The position numbers were made by a program, and so were the translations under genes. A DNA stretch of 58,193 nt, counting the filler, from Dugesia japonica (lineage: Eukaryota), in the NCBI GenBank assembly GCA_001938525.1. It is 6 parts of 6 records of this genome, joined end to end, with 100 filler letters (N's around TTAATTAATTAA, not from the genome) between each part and the next. Parts side by side here need not be neighbours in the genome. Positions count along the whole stretch, not along the records: positions 20,621 to 29,483 come from MQRL01585114.1; positions 29,584 to 39,790 come from MQRL01334352.1; positions 39,891 to 49,907 come from MQRL01367858.1; 3 more parts are not named here. One strand, given 5' to 3'. The number at the start of each line of letters is the position of its first letter. Position 1 is the stretch's first letter. This document shows positions 25,592 through 39,948 of the stretch, one piece after another. Below the pieces are notes generated by a model that saw only the letters and a list, made by a program, of their open reading frames with translations, made no database searches and was not told the origin of the DNA.

Positions 25592-25823
25592 CACTTTGAA
25601 CGCGTTTAAAAAAAAATAAAATTGGATCTGAAAAATGCAGATTTTTCATAAAAACTAAAGTATTCTTTAAAATTCCATTTAATATTTTTATCAATATCTT
25701 GATTCAATACATCAAAATTAATTTTTCACATTATTCTTTGAAGGGAGGGGGCTAAAAAATGATATTTAAATATCAAAAATGGGGATATTTGGGTGATTTT
25801 TGTCGATTTACGCGTCCAAAAAG
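25592..25823. mobile_element. piggyBac-type MITE
   Basis: TTAA|CACTTTGAACGCGT ... ACGCGTCCAAAAAG|TTAA: imperfect TIRs with TTAA on both sides. Confidence 0.65.
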
Positions 25824-27629
25824 TTAACTAAGTCAAATTGTCAAATAAATCTTAGACTATTTATCAGAAAATAAATGGTCCAAAGAATAAAATCTAATCA
25901 TGCATTCATTTACTATTTTCAAAAATTGAAACTATTCATTTTAAAGATCAACTAAATTAATCCGATTGATCCAATATAATATTCTTTCTTATGTGAAACC
26001 TATTTGTATTAAATTGAAATATACTTTTTCAAGTTGAGTAAATTGAAAAATAGTAGAATAATTTATTNNNNNNNNNNNNNNNNNNNNNNNNNNNNNNNNN
26101 NNNNNNNNNNNNNNNNNNNNNNNNNNNNNNNNNNNNNNNNNNNNNNNNNNNNNNNNNNNNNNNNNNNNNNNNNNNNNNNNNNNNATATATCACTCTTTAA
26201 AGATTAAAACCGAATAGAAAATAAAGAAAATAAGGCTAAATAGGGGTAAATGTTTGGAAATGACTAAAAATATGGTAAAATGGTGTAAAAAATTACAAAA
26301 ATGTATAAATTAAGTATATTAAAGGACTGTATTTAAAGAGTCTATGTAATATAATTAGTGACTAGATATACTTTATTAAATATTTTCTATGTCCAAACTC
26401 ATATTTAACAATGGTAAAACTCATATTTTTAATAACAAAATCATATAATAATGTATAAGTTATAGTCAAAATATTGATTTTACTAACAATGTAACTTATA
26501 ATAAAGTATTTAAACGAAAAAGGAAACTCATAAAACCAAGTTGCCCACATGGAAACCCTTGAGCAAACAGGGCTCAGACGAAATTAAGCAGATGAGGAAT
26601 AATTTTATGGAAAATAATACTTATATTCTACAAGATAAAACTCTTTTTATTTTTCATATTAAAACCTTCATTGAACCAAATTATGATTGACCTAATTCTT
26701 TATCTAATAAATAAATTATGAGTTATTATTATTATCCATTAAAATGTAATACATAAATATAAAAAACATATGGTAAAGTAATGTAAAATATATAGGAAAA
26801 TCTTGCAAAATATGAGAAAACCTGACAAAATGAGTGAAAATTGGGCAAAATAGGGAAAAATATGGGTAAATATAGTAAATCAGGTTAAATGAAAGAAATG
26901 AAGAGAGAAACATTGAAACTATAAACCAACAAATAACTATAAAATCATATAAAAAAACTATGAAAAATCAATCGACTCTTCCGAGAAATNTTATATATAT
27001 ACTTGTATATATTCTTGATCAGCAAACAATTTTCTATCTAATTGTAATGGATCATTAAATTTAGATGGAAATTATAAAAAATAATTTTTAATCGTGTCGG
27101 TTAAGCATCCTCCGGATTTTTGACTACGTTTTTTCGAATTTTAATTGTCAAAATTAAGTTTGATAATTTTAGGTGATGTTTTTCATGATCAGTGAAACAT
27201 TTTCTATCAAATAATGTATATTTCGTTACATTTTTAGTAGAAAAAAGTTTCAAAAATTATCAAAAATTCCCACGTATATCCTATTATTCTCAGTTCCTTA
27301 CGAGATTTGACGATTTTTAACTAGATCAGTCATAATTAGCGTAAAATTCTCTACTGACTAGACTAGTTTATAAGTAAATTTGAGAACAAAATATTTTCGA
27401 ATAAATTATTTTATTATTATTATTCTGAATCAACTGATATAAAAATCTCGACAAAAATATTTTCAAAAAACTTTAGAAGTTTTGGATGTTCAGGATTCCC
27501 ATAAAAATTCATTTAAAAATTTTAAAGTTTTCATATTTTTCAAACAACATGGGTTGTTCACCCGGATGTTTACAGAAAAGTTTAAATATATCTTTTATAA
27601 ACAAATTTGAATTTATTATTAATTTCTTA

Positions 27630-28230
27630 AAGTTCAATCCAAACTGACAAACCCGAGGAAATTATCACTCAAATTCACCTAAAACTAATTTTTTTGAGTA
27701 AATACGATAACCAACCAAAAACCATATAAAACCAACCACCATTAGAAAATAATTGACCAAATCACGCAAAAATTATCCTTATGAGCAAATAATTAACCAA
27801 GTTTGTCCATAGTTTACCGAGTAGATAATTGGCCCACAATTTCCACTCCGACCATATTTGATCTGATTCAACCTCACTAATAAATCTGCTAACCAAATTT
27901 AACTGAAAATGATCCAAACTGACTAATTTGAGGAAATATTTGACTTACTCGCCCAAAATATCACAGAAATTGACCCTTGCCGAGGAGAACTTTGATCAAA
28001 TAACTCAAAATTCGAAATTCTCTAATTTGACCAAATCGCCCTAGAATTTTGCGAACCGACCATTTATGAAGAAATAATATTTAATTAATATATATAAATA
28101 TAATAATAATTTACAATTGACCAATATTATCTAAACCATATAAATAATTGACCAAAATCGCCTAAAATGAACCAAATTGACCTTATTTTATATCACCGAT
28201 AAAATCGACCTAATCAAAAAAATTTCCAAC
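27630..28230 (+). repeat. Degenerate minisatellite-like region
   Basis: Recurrent AATTGACCAAA(T)CGCC / GAGGAAAT units. Confidence 0.5.
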
Positions 28231-29483
28231 CAAAAAGATTGAAAAAAAAATTTCTAAACCGAAAAGTTTAAAAAATACTACAGCGAAAAAAGTGTTAATC
28301 TTTAAAATTTTTTAACTAATATGCCTAAAATTGGAAAATAATTCGCCAAACATTTCAAATTACGTTTAAAATTTACATAATTTATGTGCAAAAATTTTTC
28401 CCAGCTAAAAGCCTAGGAAAAATTTAAAAACAGTAAATTTTTTTATATAAAATATCACGGATTTTATATAATTTGAGAGCAAAATTATTTCTCAACTAAA
28501 TACACGGGGGAAATTTAAAAATAGTAACGTAATATTACCTAATTTGATGTAATTTTTAAATTCTCAACGAAATGCATTTTGATTAAGTTTCATGACATTA
28601 CTAATCCTAGGAGGGTACTGAATATGTACTGTTCCAGACCGCTACTATCCTTCTATTAATACAATGTTTTCTTTTAATATTTACATTTGAAATTATTAAA
28701 TAAAAATTTTAAAACATACTAAATCTTCATTATATAAACAATTTTACAATATGATTTCAATTCTAATTATCCGAAAAGTAATTTTTTAACAATGATCCAT
28801 TTAGATAAAGTACAGATAATTTTCAAAGTGAAATTTCAATGATTGTTAAGCGAAAGCAATTAAAACGTTTTAGTTGTTATTTTGTTGCAATTTAAAGCAG
28901 TCGTTTTGTCATCTTTTCAACTTTTTTTNNNNNNNNNNNNNNNNNNNNNNNNNNNNNNNNNNNNNNNNNNNNNNNNNNNNNNNNNNNNNNNNNNNNNNNN
29001 NNNNNNNNNNNNNNNNTAAAATTGTTCTTCATAAATGAATAAAGTGATGAAGTAATTTTAAACAATTAATAATTAATTAATTTATAAATATATATATATA
29101 TATATAAATTATATATATATGTATGTATATAATTTAATGAAAAATAATTACAAAACAACTTTTTATCGCTGAAATTTTTTTGACTAATTTATTGAGTAAT
29201 AGACTATTTACTTGAAGAAGAAATGTTTAAATCTAATAAAATTTGTTTTAAACTGCCCCATCAAATAATATATTTATTAGAAGGTTATTCTTGTTTTAAT
29301 CTCCTGATATAACTCATTTCAACGTCATTCAAGGTTACTATTGGATGACCCCTTAAATTCTTAACAACTTTTACAACAAATGCTTTTCTTCTATCATACG
29401 CTGTTTTCTAGAAAATGTCGGGAATTTAATTATAATAAAGAAAAAGCTTCGGTCAAAATAAAATGTATTTTTATAGAAATTCA

Positions 29484-29583
29484 NNNNNNNNNNNNNNNNN
29501 NNNNNNNNNNNNNNNNNNNNNNNNNNNTTAATTAATTAANNNNNNNNNNNNNNNNNNNNNNNNNNNNNNNNNNNNNNNNNNNN
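29484..29583. other. Artificial scaffold spacer
   Basis: N-run + TTAATTAATTAA (29528-29539) + N-run. Confidence 0.96.
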
Positions 29584-30899
29584 AATTAATTTTTAATTAA
29601 TTTTCACGGAAATCCAGTAAAAAAGTCCATTATGTTTAAATATTTAATTTTTTAAAATAATAAAATGAAATATTTTCAAAATAAAGAAATTTAACTAATG
29701 CTTCGGCCAAAAAATTTTTTAATTTTTATTAGGTTTAAAAATTTCAAAAATTTAATTTTTTTCGACCTAATTTTTCGATTTTATTTTCTTTAGAAGTTGT
29801 GTTTAAATAAATTGAATAAATCAATCACAACTCTCATAAAAGATAAACTCGAACATTTGGGGAAGTAAGTTAAATTTTCTGAAAATTTTAACCTTCATTA
29901 AAGTTTTTAAAAACATTGTTTGATCTAAGCCTTATTTTATTTTCTTAATTTTGAAAATATTTTATTTTATTCAGAGATCAATGGTTAAAAATTTTTAGCA
30001 AGTGAATAATTACCAAAAAATAAACTTTCACAATAAACAAATTTTTTTTACAAATAATTCAAATTTTTATGGGAATCCGGTGAACAGTCCAAGTTTTTCA
30101 AAAATGGTTTTTATGCTCAGATTTCAAATACTTTTATACTAATCTGTTAAGAATTTGACGAAGTCATTTTTGGTTTTTTCAATATTTTACATAGATTTTT
30201 CGAAAAATATTAAGTATTTCAAATTTTATCAGCAACCCATATATTCAATAGAGAATTTTACGCTGAGTAAGAATAACACGAGTAAAAATTGCCAAAACGT
30301 ATTTTCAAGGAAATAAATGAAATAACAATAAAAAATTAACAAGTACAATTTCTATATAAGGTTAATTTTTATTATAAAATTTATTTAATTTATCATTTTT
30401 AGTGTTTAACATTTTTACAGAATATATATATAGATCCTAAATTACTAAACCAAAATTTCAAACCAAATTTTTAAACCACTTTGCAATCCGGGGATGTAGC
30501 TTAGTGTGCCACTATCTATCTACTTTATTTTTAATCTTTAATAATTTTTATCTTATTCTTTTCGACTTTTTGATACAAAATTGTTTTTAATAATTGTTTC
30601 TTTATTTTTGAATACTTCTATCCTAATATTTACGTGGATAGTAGTCGCTTTTTATCAGTAACTAACAGTAGTGAATATGAGATATGCGAAATTGACATTG
30701 AAGAACAACCAAGGAAAACAAATTTTCAAAAATTAAATAATATATTTTCACCTAAATATTCAGTTACACCATCTCATAACGTATTGACAGCGGAAAAAAT
30801 TGAATTTTATTAAGTGTTCATGAGCTACTTGAAGTTATAACAGATCACCAAAGAAAAATTAGAAAGCCAACTGGCACATAGTTAATAAAACCTAAGCAA

Positions 30900-33570
30900 A
30901 CAAAGTATTATGAGAAAACAAAGATAACGAACAAAGATTTTACAGTAATTCAAAAACAACAATTACAGAAATTGTTGGATAAATATGAAGATGCATTTGC
31001 TAAGCATGAATTTGATATGGTAGGAACAAATATTATAAAACATCTGATTGACACAGCCAATGCGAGACTTATAAACCAACAATAGTATGTAGCACCATAT
31101 GCGTTAAGACCAGAGATAAAAAGACAAGTATAAGAACAGAAAGCAAACGGAATCATACAAGATAGATTTTCTCAATGGCCATTGCCAATAGTACCAGTCA
31201 AAAAGAAAGATGGAAAAATTCGATGTGTGTATAGATTATAGAAAGCTCAACGAAGTTACTAAAAAAGATACACATCCATTTCCAAAAAAACATGAACAAT
31301 TAAACAAGTTAAGGAACACATGGCATTTTGCAATTTTAGATGCAAATAAGGGTTATAATGTGATTCCAGTACAAAANGAGGATAGAGAAAAGACAGCATT
31401 TTGTACTGACAATGGATTACACGAATTTGTTAAATTGCCATTCGGACTATGCAATGCACCAGCTACTTTCCAAAGATTAATGAACGCAGTACTAGCAGGT
31501 GTATAACATGTAAAGGTATACATGAATGACATATTAATAGCATCCGAATATTTTGAGCAACATTTAGTCAACATAGAAAATGTACTATCTAAAATCAAAA
31601 AGGCAAATATCAAGTTAAAGCCAATAAAATGTAAATGTGTAGAGGAAAGTGTTTTATTCCTCGGACATATTGTATCATCAAAATGATTAGAACCAAACCC
31701 AGAGAAAGTGAAAGCAGTTCAAGATTTTTCAGTGTTAAAAAGCGTACAACAATTGCAAGGATTTAATGGCCTAGTGGGATATTATCGGAGATTCATAGAA
31801 AATTTTGCAAAAATAGCAGCACCATTAGTAGAATTAACGAAAGGCAAAAAAACTAAAGGTGAAGGTAAAAACGTTATGATTAAAAAACAATTAGATGAAA
31901 AGTCAAAGAAACCTCAAAAGAAAAGGGGTCCAAAACACCAAGAAGCTTTTGATACATTAAATCAACGATTGTTAACAGCTCCAATATTGACATATCCAGA
32001 TTTCACAAAACAATTCATAGTAATGACAAATGCAAGTGAATATGCCATTGGGGCAGTACTCGGTCAAGAAGATGAAAAAAATAAAGATTATGTTATTGCG
32101 TATGCAAGTAAAATGTTAAAAGGATCAGAAACGAGATATTCAACAATCGAGAAGGAATGTTTAGCTATTATATTTGCTTTGAAACAATTTAGACCATTTA
32201 TATATGGAACTGAAATAATTATACGAACAGATCATAAACCACTAGAAGGTTTAGGGAGAAATAAAGATGCATCCAGTAGAATAATCTAATAGGCGATGAA
32301 AATTCAAGATATATAAGCTTAAGTATCATATATAAACCAGGAAAAGCAAATAAAAATGCTGATGCATTGTCCAGAATTCCAGAAATAAATATATTAGAGA
32401 TGATGTCAATAGTAATGACTGGAACTAATCCAAAAACGTTTCTAGACGAACTGAGTAAAGATAAAAAATACAGGAAATTAAAAAGATGATGATTCAAGAA
32501 AAAAATACCAAATACAAAATGTACAAAAATTTGCTTATGTATAATAATCTAGGAAAGAATTTAATGGTTGTGCCAAATTCTTTAAAACAGTTATTGCTGT
32601 TACAATACCATGATTGAGTACTCGGGGGATACCAATCGAGTAGGAAAACCACGTCGAGATGGTTGCAAAAGTATTATTGGGATAATATTAAAGATGGTGT
32701 AAAAAATGGTGTCAAGCATATAGTATTTGTGCTACAAAAAAGAATACAGGAGCAAAAACTAAAGTTCCATTACAGCCAATCTTAATACCCAGCTCACCAA
32801 TGGAAACGTGTGCAATGGATTTCCTATGCAAATTACCAACAACCATAAAGGGTAATAAACACATATTAATGTTCAATGACTATTTCACAAAGTGGACAGA
32901 AGCGTTTCCTACAAAAGATAAATCAGCAGAAACAGTAGTAAGATTGTTAGTCGAGAAAATAATTTACAAATATGAGGCACCAAGAAAACTATTATCAGAC
33001 AGAGGGAAAAGTTTTCTCAATGAAGTTATACAACGAGTGACAAGTATGTTTGATATTAAAAAAATAAATACAACAGCTTATCATCCACAAATAGATGGAT
33101 TGGTAGAAAGATTTAACAGTACATTATGTAATAGATTGGCAGTTTTTGTAAATAAACATCAAAACGATTGGGATCTCTCGATTAAACCAACGTTATTCAT
33201 ACATAATACAACCAAAAATGAGGTCACAGGATATTCACCTTTCTACTTGATGTATCTAAGACAAAGCCAAATGCCAATAGACGTAAAATTTGAACCAGTT
33301 GTTCAGATAATCCAGATTATGTTACAAAAATGCAAGAAAGATTGGAGGAAGTGTACAAACAAGCGAATCTAAAAGTGAAGTTCAAACAAGAACAGAGCAA
33401 AGATTATTACAATAAAAATGCCAAGGAGCATAATTTCTAGGTTGGAGATAATGTGAGAATAAAACACTAGTTACACAAAAGGGATTAACAAATAAATTGG
33501 TGGAACCTTATAAAGGTCCATATGAAATAGTAAAAGTGATTCATACCAATTTAAACGTAATAAAAAATAA
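30900..33570 (+). mobile_element. Ty3/gypsy pol pseudogene (RT-RNase H-integrase)
   Basis: [47 protein letters not shown] (decayed YxDD), TNASEYAIGAVLGQ, YSTIEKECLA, TDHKPL, NADALSR, SDRGKSF, TTAYHPQIDGLVERFN, PYKGPYEIV; many stops and frameshifts. Confidence 0.95.
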
Positions 33571-34879
33571 CCCGAAAGCCATATATATTTTTACACGAAG
33601 CCCTTCTGTTTCCTCATCTTTCTTGAGCCCGGAAGCTGGGTTTCCAACATGTATATTCAAAGTAACTTGTTCTGACAACACTCCTTCCTAATAATATGAT
33701 ATTGCCTGTCCTTATTTTGCCTTTACACAAAGATGACGTAGCATCTTTTTCAACGCGGAAACGTTTGTTGAAGTTTAAACATACAATACACGCATAAAAT
33801 ACACACATATATATACATGAGATCAATCAAATCAATATTAGAATTCAAACCCATTCAAGTTCCAAAAAACCTATCTAATTATGTTATGTCAACATTTTAC
33901 ATTGATTTTGTTATTTTATTATTGATTGTTCAAACTATTCGAGTTCATCCAATTATACTATATCGACATTTGACATTGATTCTGGATTTGTAAATTAATC
34001 AAAATGACTTTGTTAATTTATTATTTTTATTATTTTATAATTGGATTATTTCTGGTTTATCGTGTTTTTTATTATTGATCGATTAAAGCAATGAACAATT
34101 TGTCACAATTATTTGAACAGGTATTATATTATTATAGATTCTATTTTTAAGAAATTTATATTATCGATCTTGTTTTGTGGATTTTAAGAATTTTGATGAA
34201 AAAATAAAGTAGGGATTATTTATTTTATATGATTGTGTTTAATAATAAGTGCAAGTAGAATCAGTATAAATACTGATCGTTTTTTAGAATTATTAGACTT
34301 AATTTAACTAGGAGAACCTATCTCTTTGATTGGCTTCTCTCTTTTAAATAAAATACAGCGCTATAAGTTGTTTAAGTTTATACAATATTGTTATACATCA
34401 AAATATTATATTTCTTCAAAGGTGTGTTATTTTATTCAATTGACATAAGGATATTTACATATATTACCATATTTATAATTTATCGTAAATATATTACATC
34501 TATATAGTAAAAGTATATACATAATACACATATTAAATATTACCCCGAAATCATTTTATGTAAATCAATTTATAGTTTCGATTATCGAACCATAATATCT
34601 TTTGCTGTGTTGAAATACACAACAATATTAATTTTATATGTCCGGAATGAAATAATTTATACATAAGTTACCTATATAAGTAAGATGTATATATTATTTC
34701 ATCACTTTTTCAAATTAAGAATTGCCAAGTAAGAGTTTAATTTATTAATGAATGTAATTTAATATATTTTAATATTTTTGAAATTTTTGAAAAATTTTAA
34801 CATGAAGAACAATTTTAATATGCCAATTGGATATGATTTTATTATGAAAAGAGATCTAAATTTATTTCATTTGTAATGC

Positions 34880-35275
34880 TTATGTTAAATAATTTTATGC
34901 AATGTTTTCTTTAATAATTTTTTATGAATTTATTTAATTTTAATAATAATAAGTAATGAATTTATTTAATTTTAATAATAATAAGTAATGAATTTATTTA
35001 AACTTAATGCCAATATTGAATTATTTAAAGCTCATGCTTAATTAATTTCATTCCTATGATGAATTATTTAATGCTAATAATGGACTATTTAATACATGTG
35101 ATGAATGTTTTAATGATAATGATAAGAGATAATGAATTTAATTATTAGTAGTGATAAATGATGAAATATTTAATGTCAATGATGAATTCAGTTAACGGCA
35201 ATGATAATAGGTTATGAAATTATCAAATGCCTATAATAATAATTTATGAAATTATTTAATACCTATGATAATATG
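34880..35275 (+). repeat. AT-rich tandem repeat array
   Basis: ATGAATTTATTTAATTTTAATAATAATAAGTA (~32 bp) near-perfect copies, degrading into ATGAA.TTATTTAAT units. Confidence 0.7.
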
Positions 35276-35570
35276 GGTGACCAGACAATTCGACATGACA
35301 AATTGACACAGACAAATTGACACAAAGACAAATTGACACATTTGTTAGTATAATTTTTCCTAATGAATTTTTTTGGTATAATGTTTAATAGTAAATTTTT
35401 TTGGTATAAATTTTAATCATGAATTTCTTTGGTAAAATTTTTCATAATGAATTTTTTTAGTATAAATTTTAAAAATTCACCATTAAAAATTATACCAAAA
35501 AAATGTGTCGGTTTGTCTGTGTGTCGATTTGTCTGTGTCTATTTGTCATGTGGCAAATTTTTATGTAACC
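35276..35570. mobile_element. MULE (Mutator-like) MITE
   Basis: Long imperfect TIRs built of GACAAATTGACAC repeats, GG...CC ends, exact 9-bp TSD GATAATATG (35267-35275, 35571-35579). Confidence 0.9.
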
Positions 35571-36964
35571 GATAATATGTTATGAAATTTTTTAATGTCA
35601 TGCATTAAATTGATACCAGTTGGCTTTGAATTCTTGACCATTTTGAGGGTCGGTGTCTAGCCAAATATTGTCTTTCACGACTAATTGTTTTTATCTTAAA
35701 ATGGTTAGAAAGTTGTAACAATATATATGGAACTGGATGTGAACGATTAGAAGAATTACTATCAGAGATATCATATTGTATTTGAGCTTAGTCCAGTTAA
35801 AACTACACAAGCTGATTGAAAAGTTCAATTATAAATATAAATTAATTGAATTCAATTATTGTATGCTAACGGACCTTGATGAATTAGCTCTGTCGCATTG
35901 TACATGTCGGTGGAAATAATGTAATGGTATAGAATGGAAACAAAACTGTTGTTGAAACATTAAATGAAAATAATTTTAATAATATTATTGATAATAATTT
36001 TACTTAAAATACAAATAATATACTGATTCCATGAATTATACTATGGCAAAGAATGATTTTACTAAAACATATAAATATTAACAAGGATTTTCCTCGGGTA
36101 AGCAGCTAATATTAATGAGTCACGGAGCATCTAATTTCGGGAGCAGCCAAGAGTGCGAACCCATAGACATATCATAGTTTGATCCCTGGAACATATAATG
36201 TGTAAGCCGCTCGAGGAAACAAAGCTTAACAATCTAAACATTTTAACATTTTAGTTAATTTAAATAAAAATTTGCTTTTACACCGATTTTCCATGAAGAA
36301 ACAAATAAGATATCATTAATTTTACTTCATTTAAACAAAAATATCATGTAAATCTTTTAATATTAATGTCATCGAGAGCAATTAAGCTTAATGTTAATAT
36401 TGCCTGGGGTACACTTAATGTTAATGTTAATATTATTCGGCGTCATCAATGTTAACATGCCATGAAAGAACTTTACTTTAAAAATAATTAATTTCACTTA
36501 ATTTAAACGAAAAATAAATACTTTGACCTCATGTAAACAAAGAGACATTAAGAATCATCAATTAAAAATATTTTTATGTAAAGATTGCATAATCATTACA
36601 AAACGATTACGTCATTATGGCGTCATCAACATATGCAAATTTGTACAAATCAAATAACAGGACTTCTATACCAATTACGTAATCACACACCTAAAATGTT
36701 CTACCAACCCAATTGCAGGAAACATGTAAGCGACCAATCAATTTCTTTACCAAAAATATTTCTACCCCTGGGAGTTATAGTTCAGTGCGCTATTATCTAA
36801 CTACTTCAGTGAAATAAAATTGACAGATCGACTCGCTAGTGAAATCGGGCTGAATCAGCAACCCCTTACTATAGTTGATATCGCAGTGACTAATTTAATA
36901 AACGCACTTTTCCCCTATTACCGTTAATGTGACTCTCTGGAATCTTGCTAAAATTCTCAAATTT

Positions 36965-37330
36965 CTATTATTATGTTCATTGTCATTATTATTACTATTT
37001 ATCAGTATTATGATCATTAGTATTGTTATTACTATTAACTTTAGTATTTAGTTTTATTATCAATTCTACTTTTTATTATTCATACAATTTCGTTTTTATG
37101 ACTACTAGCACTATCTTTATTACTATTATCGGTCGTATTATTGTTATCATAACTATCGTTGTTATTATTATTGTAGTTCTTACTATTACTATTATTATCA
37201 TTATCCTTGTAATTATTTCTATCATTATCGCCATATCAGTGCTATTATTGTTATTATTACTGTCATTATTACTGATCTAGCTTTCGCTATTTCATTAAAT
37301 GACCTCATTATCGTTATCGTTATTCTCATC
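36965..37330. repeat. Degenerate (ATT/ATC/ACT)n low-complexity tract
   Basis: Decayed triplet repeat producing an Ile/Leu-rich pseudo-ORF. Confidence 0.8.
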
Positions 37331-37563
37331 GCTAAATATTCGTTACATTGATTTAAAAAACATGACAGGTTTATTTGTCATCTCATTATCATTTTAATGA
37401 TATTAAGTTTAATGTATTTTGATTAAGAAATGATGCCAAAATTCGTTTTTAAAATATTTTTTAATAGTTCTTTGTTCTTTCTTGTGTGATGTTTTCGTAT
37501 AGTATGCATTTATACATACTAATCCTTTAAACAATTTATAGATGGTTTATAATTGCCTACTCA

Positions 37564-37770
37564 ATGGTATCAAATTCAAGTCTAGATAATAAAAATTTGA
37601 GGGTGGGCACGGTTTTTAAACTTCAAAATGTTAAACCTTAAATAACTTGTCACCAATAAGTCAGATTAAAATTCTGAGATAGCAATTACATTCCTCAAGC
37701 TTTTAAGAGTTTAACAATACCAATTTTATTATCTTTACCATGTATATATTTGTTTTAATTGTAATTTTAA
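37564..37770 (+). repeat. Old dispersed repeat; diverged copy at ~55917-56120
   Basis: Shared colinear blocks TGGTATCAAA, GGTTTTTAAA, AATAACT.GTCA.CAATA, TTCTGAG.TAG, CATGTATATA.TTGTTTTAA. Confidence 0.65.
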
Positions 37771-38257
37771 AAGTGATGAATTTAGGTGGCCAGTACGCTC
37801 ACATCTACCTACTAGATTGTTCTTCAATTTTCGCCATGAAGAAAGTATTTTTCATCATAAGTTATTTAAGCAATGCATAGATGGTTTTTGATTCTCGTCC
37901 CGATGATGATGATTTCAAATAAAAGAAATTGGAACCCCCCACAGTAGAGCCAAATATTTTATTTTATAGATATCACCGTTAGGAAAACAGTTGTATTTAT
38001 AAACTTTATAAATGAGTTATATTGTACTTTTAATTCCCTATCACATGGTATCAAAAACTAGATGAGTGTATTGAGAAAATTCGATAGAGACTGATTTTTT
38101 AAAATTTTAAATTTTTAAATCTTTAATGACTTTTTATTCTTACACCCGACTAAAATTAAAACAACGACATTGTGTTTATCATCTTATTGCACATCCGAAA
38201 ATATTAAGCTTGACTAAGAAATATGATGTTAACTGGACTTTGACTTATAAAATCTAC

Positions 38258-38960
38258 GGTTACATGACAATTTTACACATGACGAATAGACAGAAAGACA
38301 AATTGACACATATTTTTTATAATTTATAATTTTTTAATATTGTTTATTATTTATAATAACTTTTACTGGTAATTATAATAAGTCAGATGGTATAATTTTT
38401 AATAATGTATTTTTTTGTATTTTTATTATATAACGTTTGCTGTATTTTTTGTATTTCCATTTTTAAAAATAGACACAATAATAATTTGGTATAACTTTTA
38501 ATAATGTATTTTTTGGTATAATAAGAAAATTATAAGAACACGGCTAATGCTACTAAAAGAAATGTTATGGGAACTGTTCTATCATAAGTGAACACTGATG
38601 TCTTAGCTTATTTGCCAAAGTAGTCTGTTACGTCATAGAGAAGAAGTCCACCAGCCTAATCCAGCAACTCCGGAATTTGTCATTATTGATAGATATGGGA
38701 ATTATATTCTTCATGACTCTGGAGAGCATGACCATGACATAATTTTGGCACTAGGAGATAGAGATTTGCTAAATTAGCTGGTTAAAGATACTATCTTTGG
38801 TGATTGTGCATTTGATAAAGTCCCCAATATGTTTTACCAACTGTACACCTGGCATGCTCGAGTTGGTAATTTATATCCTCCGTGAATTTACTTCCTTTTG
38901 CAGGGAAAGGATCAGCGTACCTACAGTAGAATGTTTCAAGTTTTTAAGGAGTTATTTTCA
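38258..38960 (+). mobile_element. MULE remnant: left TIR + transposase fragment
   Basis: GGTTACATGACAA...GACAAATTGACAC TIR related to the 35276 MITE; LHDSGEHD..TIFGDCAFDKVPNMFYQLYTWH..IYFLLQGKDQRTYSRMFQV. Confidence 0.85.
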
Positions 38961-39790
38961 GAAATTTTATTAGTTAGTATTTCAAACTGGTTTTCTGTTG
39001 ATTAATTATAGCGTTTTTAAATTTTTTCATTTTATAAATAAAACATTTACCTCGTTTGTTTGTAATGGTATTACTATTCGAGTTGAAAATATAGTTCATT
39101 TGAAAATTGCTGTATAAAGTCGAAAAGGAGATATTCATACGGTATTACTGTAGTATTTATAAATGATTCATTAAGAAAGTGTCTGTTATTATGAAAATCC
39201 TGTTTTCCTAGAAAGTCCGCAATTGTTTGATCTCGAAGATTTTTAAATTTAATCAAGTATTGTACATTAAAATGACATGTTCTGTGACATTCTTCTTGAT
39301 GAAATAGATTATGGATAAGGAATATATCAGTCACATCACAATGTCTCGATGTCTTTTAAAAACGATTATTAAAGTTCTTTTCTTTGTACGCCTTCTGATA
39401 CAGGTTGTCTATTATGATTATATATTTTTATAATTCTTGTGTCAATTTTTATCAAATCTATTTATAAATTTCATTTTATTTTACAAAATTTTGATTATGT
39501 TAATACTTGCTCCTCATCTGCGTTTTTGTGCGAGTATGTTTTGTTAAATGCTGATTAAAATAATTGTACTTTTAATAATTTATATACAAACAAGGTTTTT
39601 TCCCCTACTGTTAGGACATTATTCATGAATATTTAATCCGAAAACACTTATTATCAAAACATCATTAATAACATTTATACTTTACTATTAAATCTTGTTA
39701 AAATTTACCAATAACCGCGTAATCTACAATTGTAAATAAACTAATCAATAACTAACATGAGCGTCGCATATCAATCTGGAGCAAGCACAG

Positions 39791-39890
39791 NNNNNNNNNN
39801 NNNNNNNNNNNNNNNNNNNNNNNNNNNNNNNNNNTTAATTAATTAANNNNNNNNNNNNNNNNNNNNNNNNNNNNNNNNNNNNNNNNNNNN
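39791..39890. other. Artificial scaffold spacer
   Basis: N-run + TTAATTAATTAA (39835-39846) + N-run; followed by (AAT)n. Confidence 0.96.

Positions 39891-39948
<58 letters not shown>

Noticed and set aside
30490-30506. GGGGATGTAGCTTAGTG resembling a tRNA-Ala 5' end
   Set aside because: No anticodon arm, T-arm or acceptor 3' strand follows.
36085-36225. GC-richer island as a possible hammerhead ribozyme or ncRNA
   Set aside because: No intact CTGANGA/GAAA core with matching stems could be found by eye.
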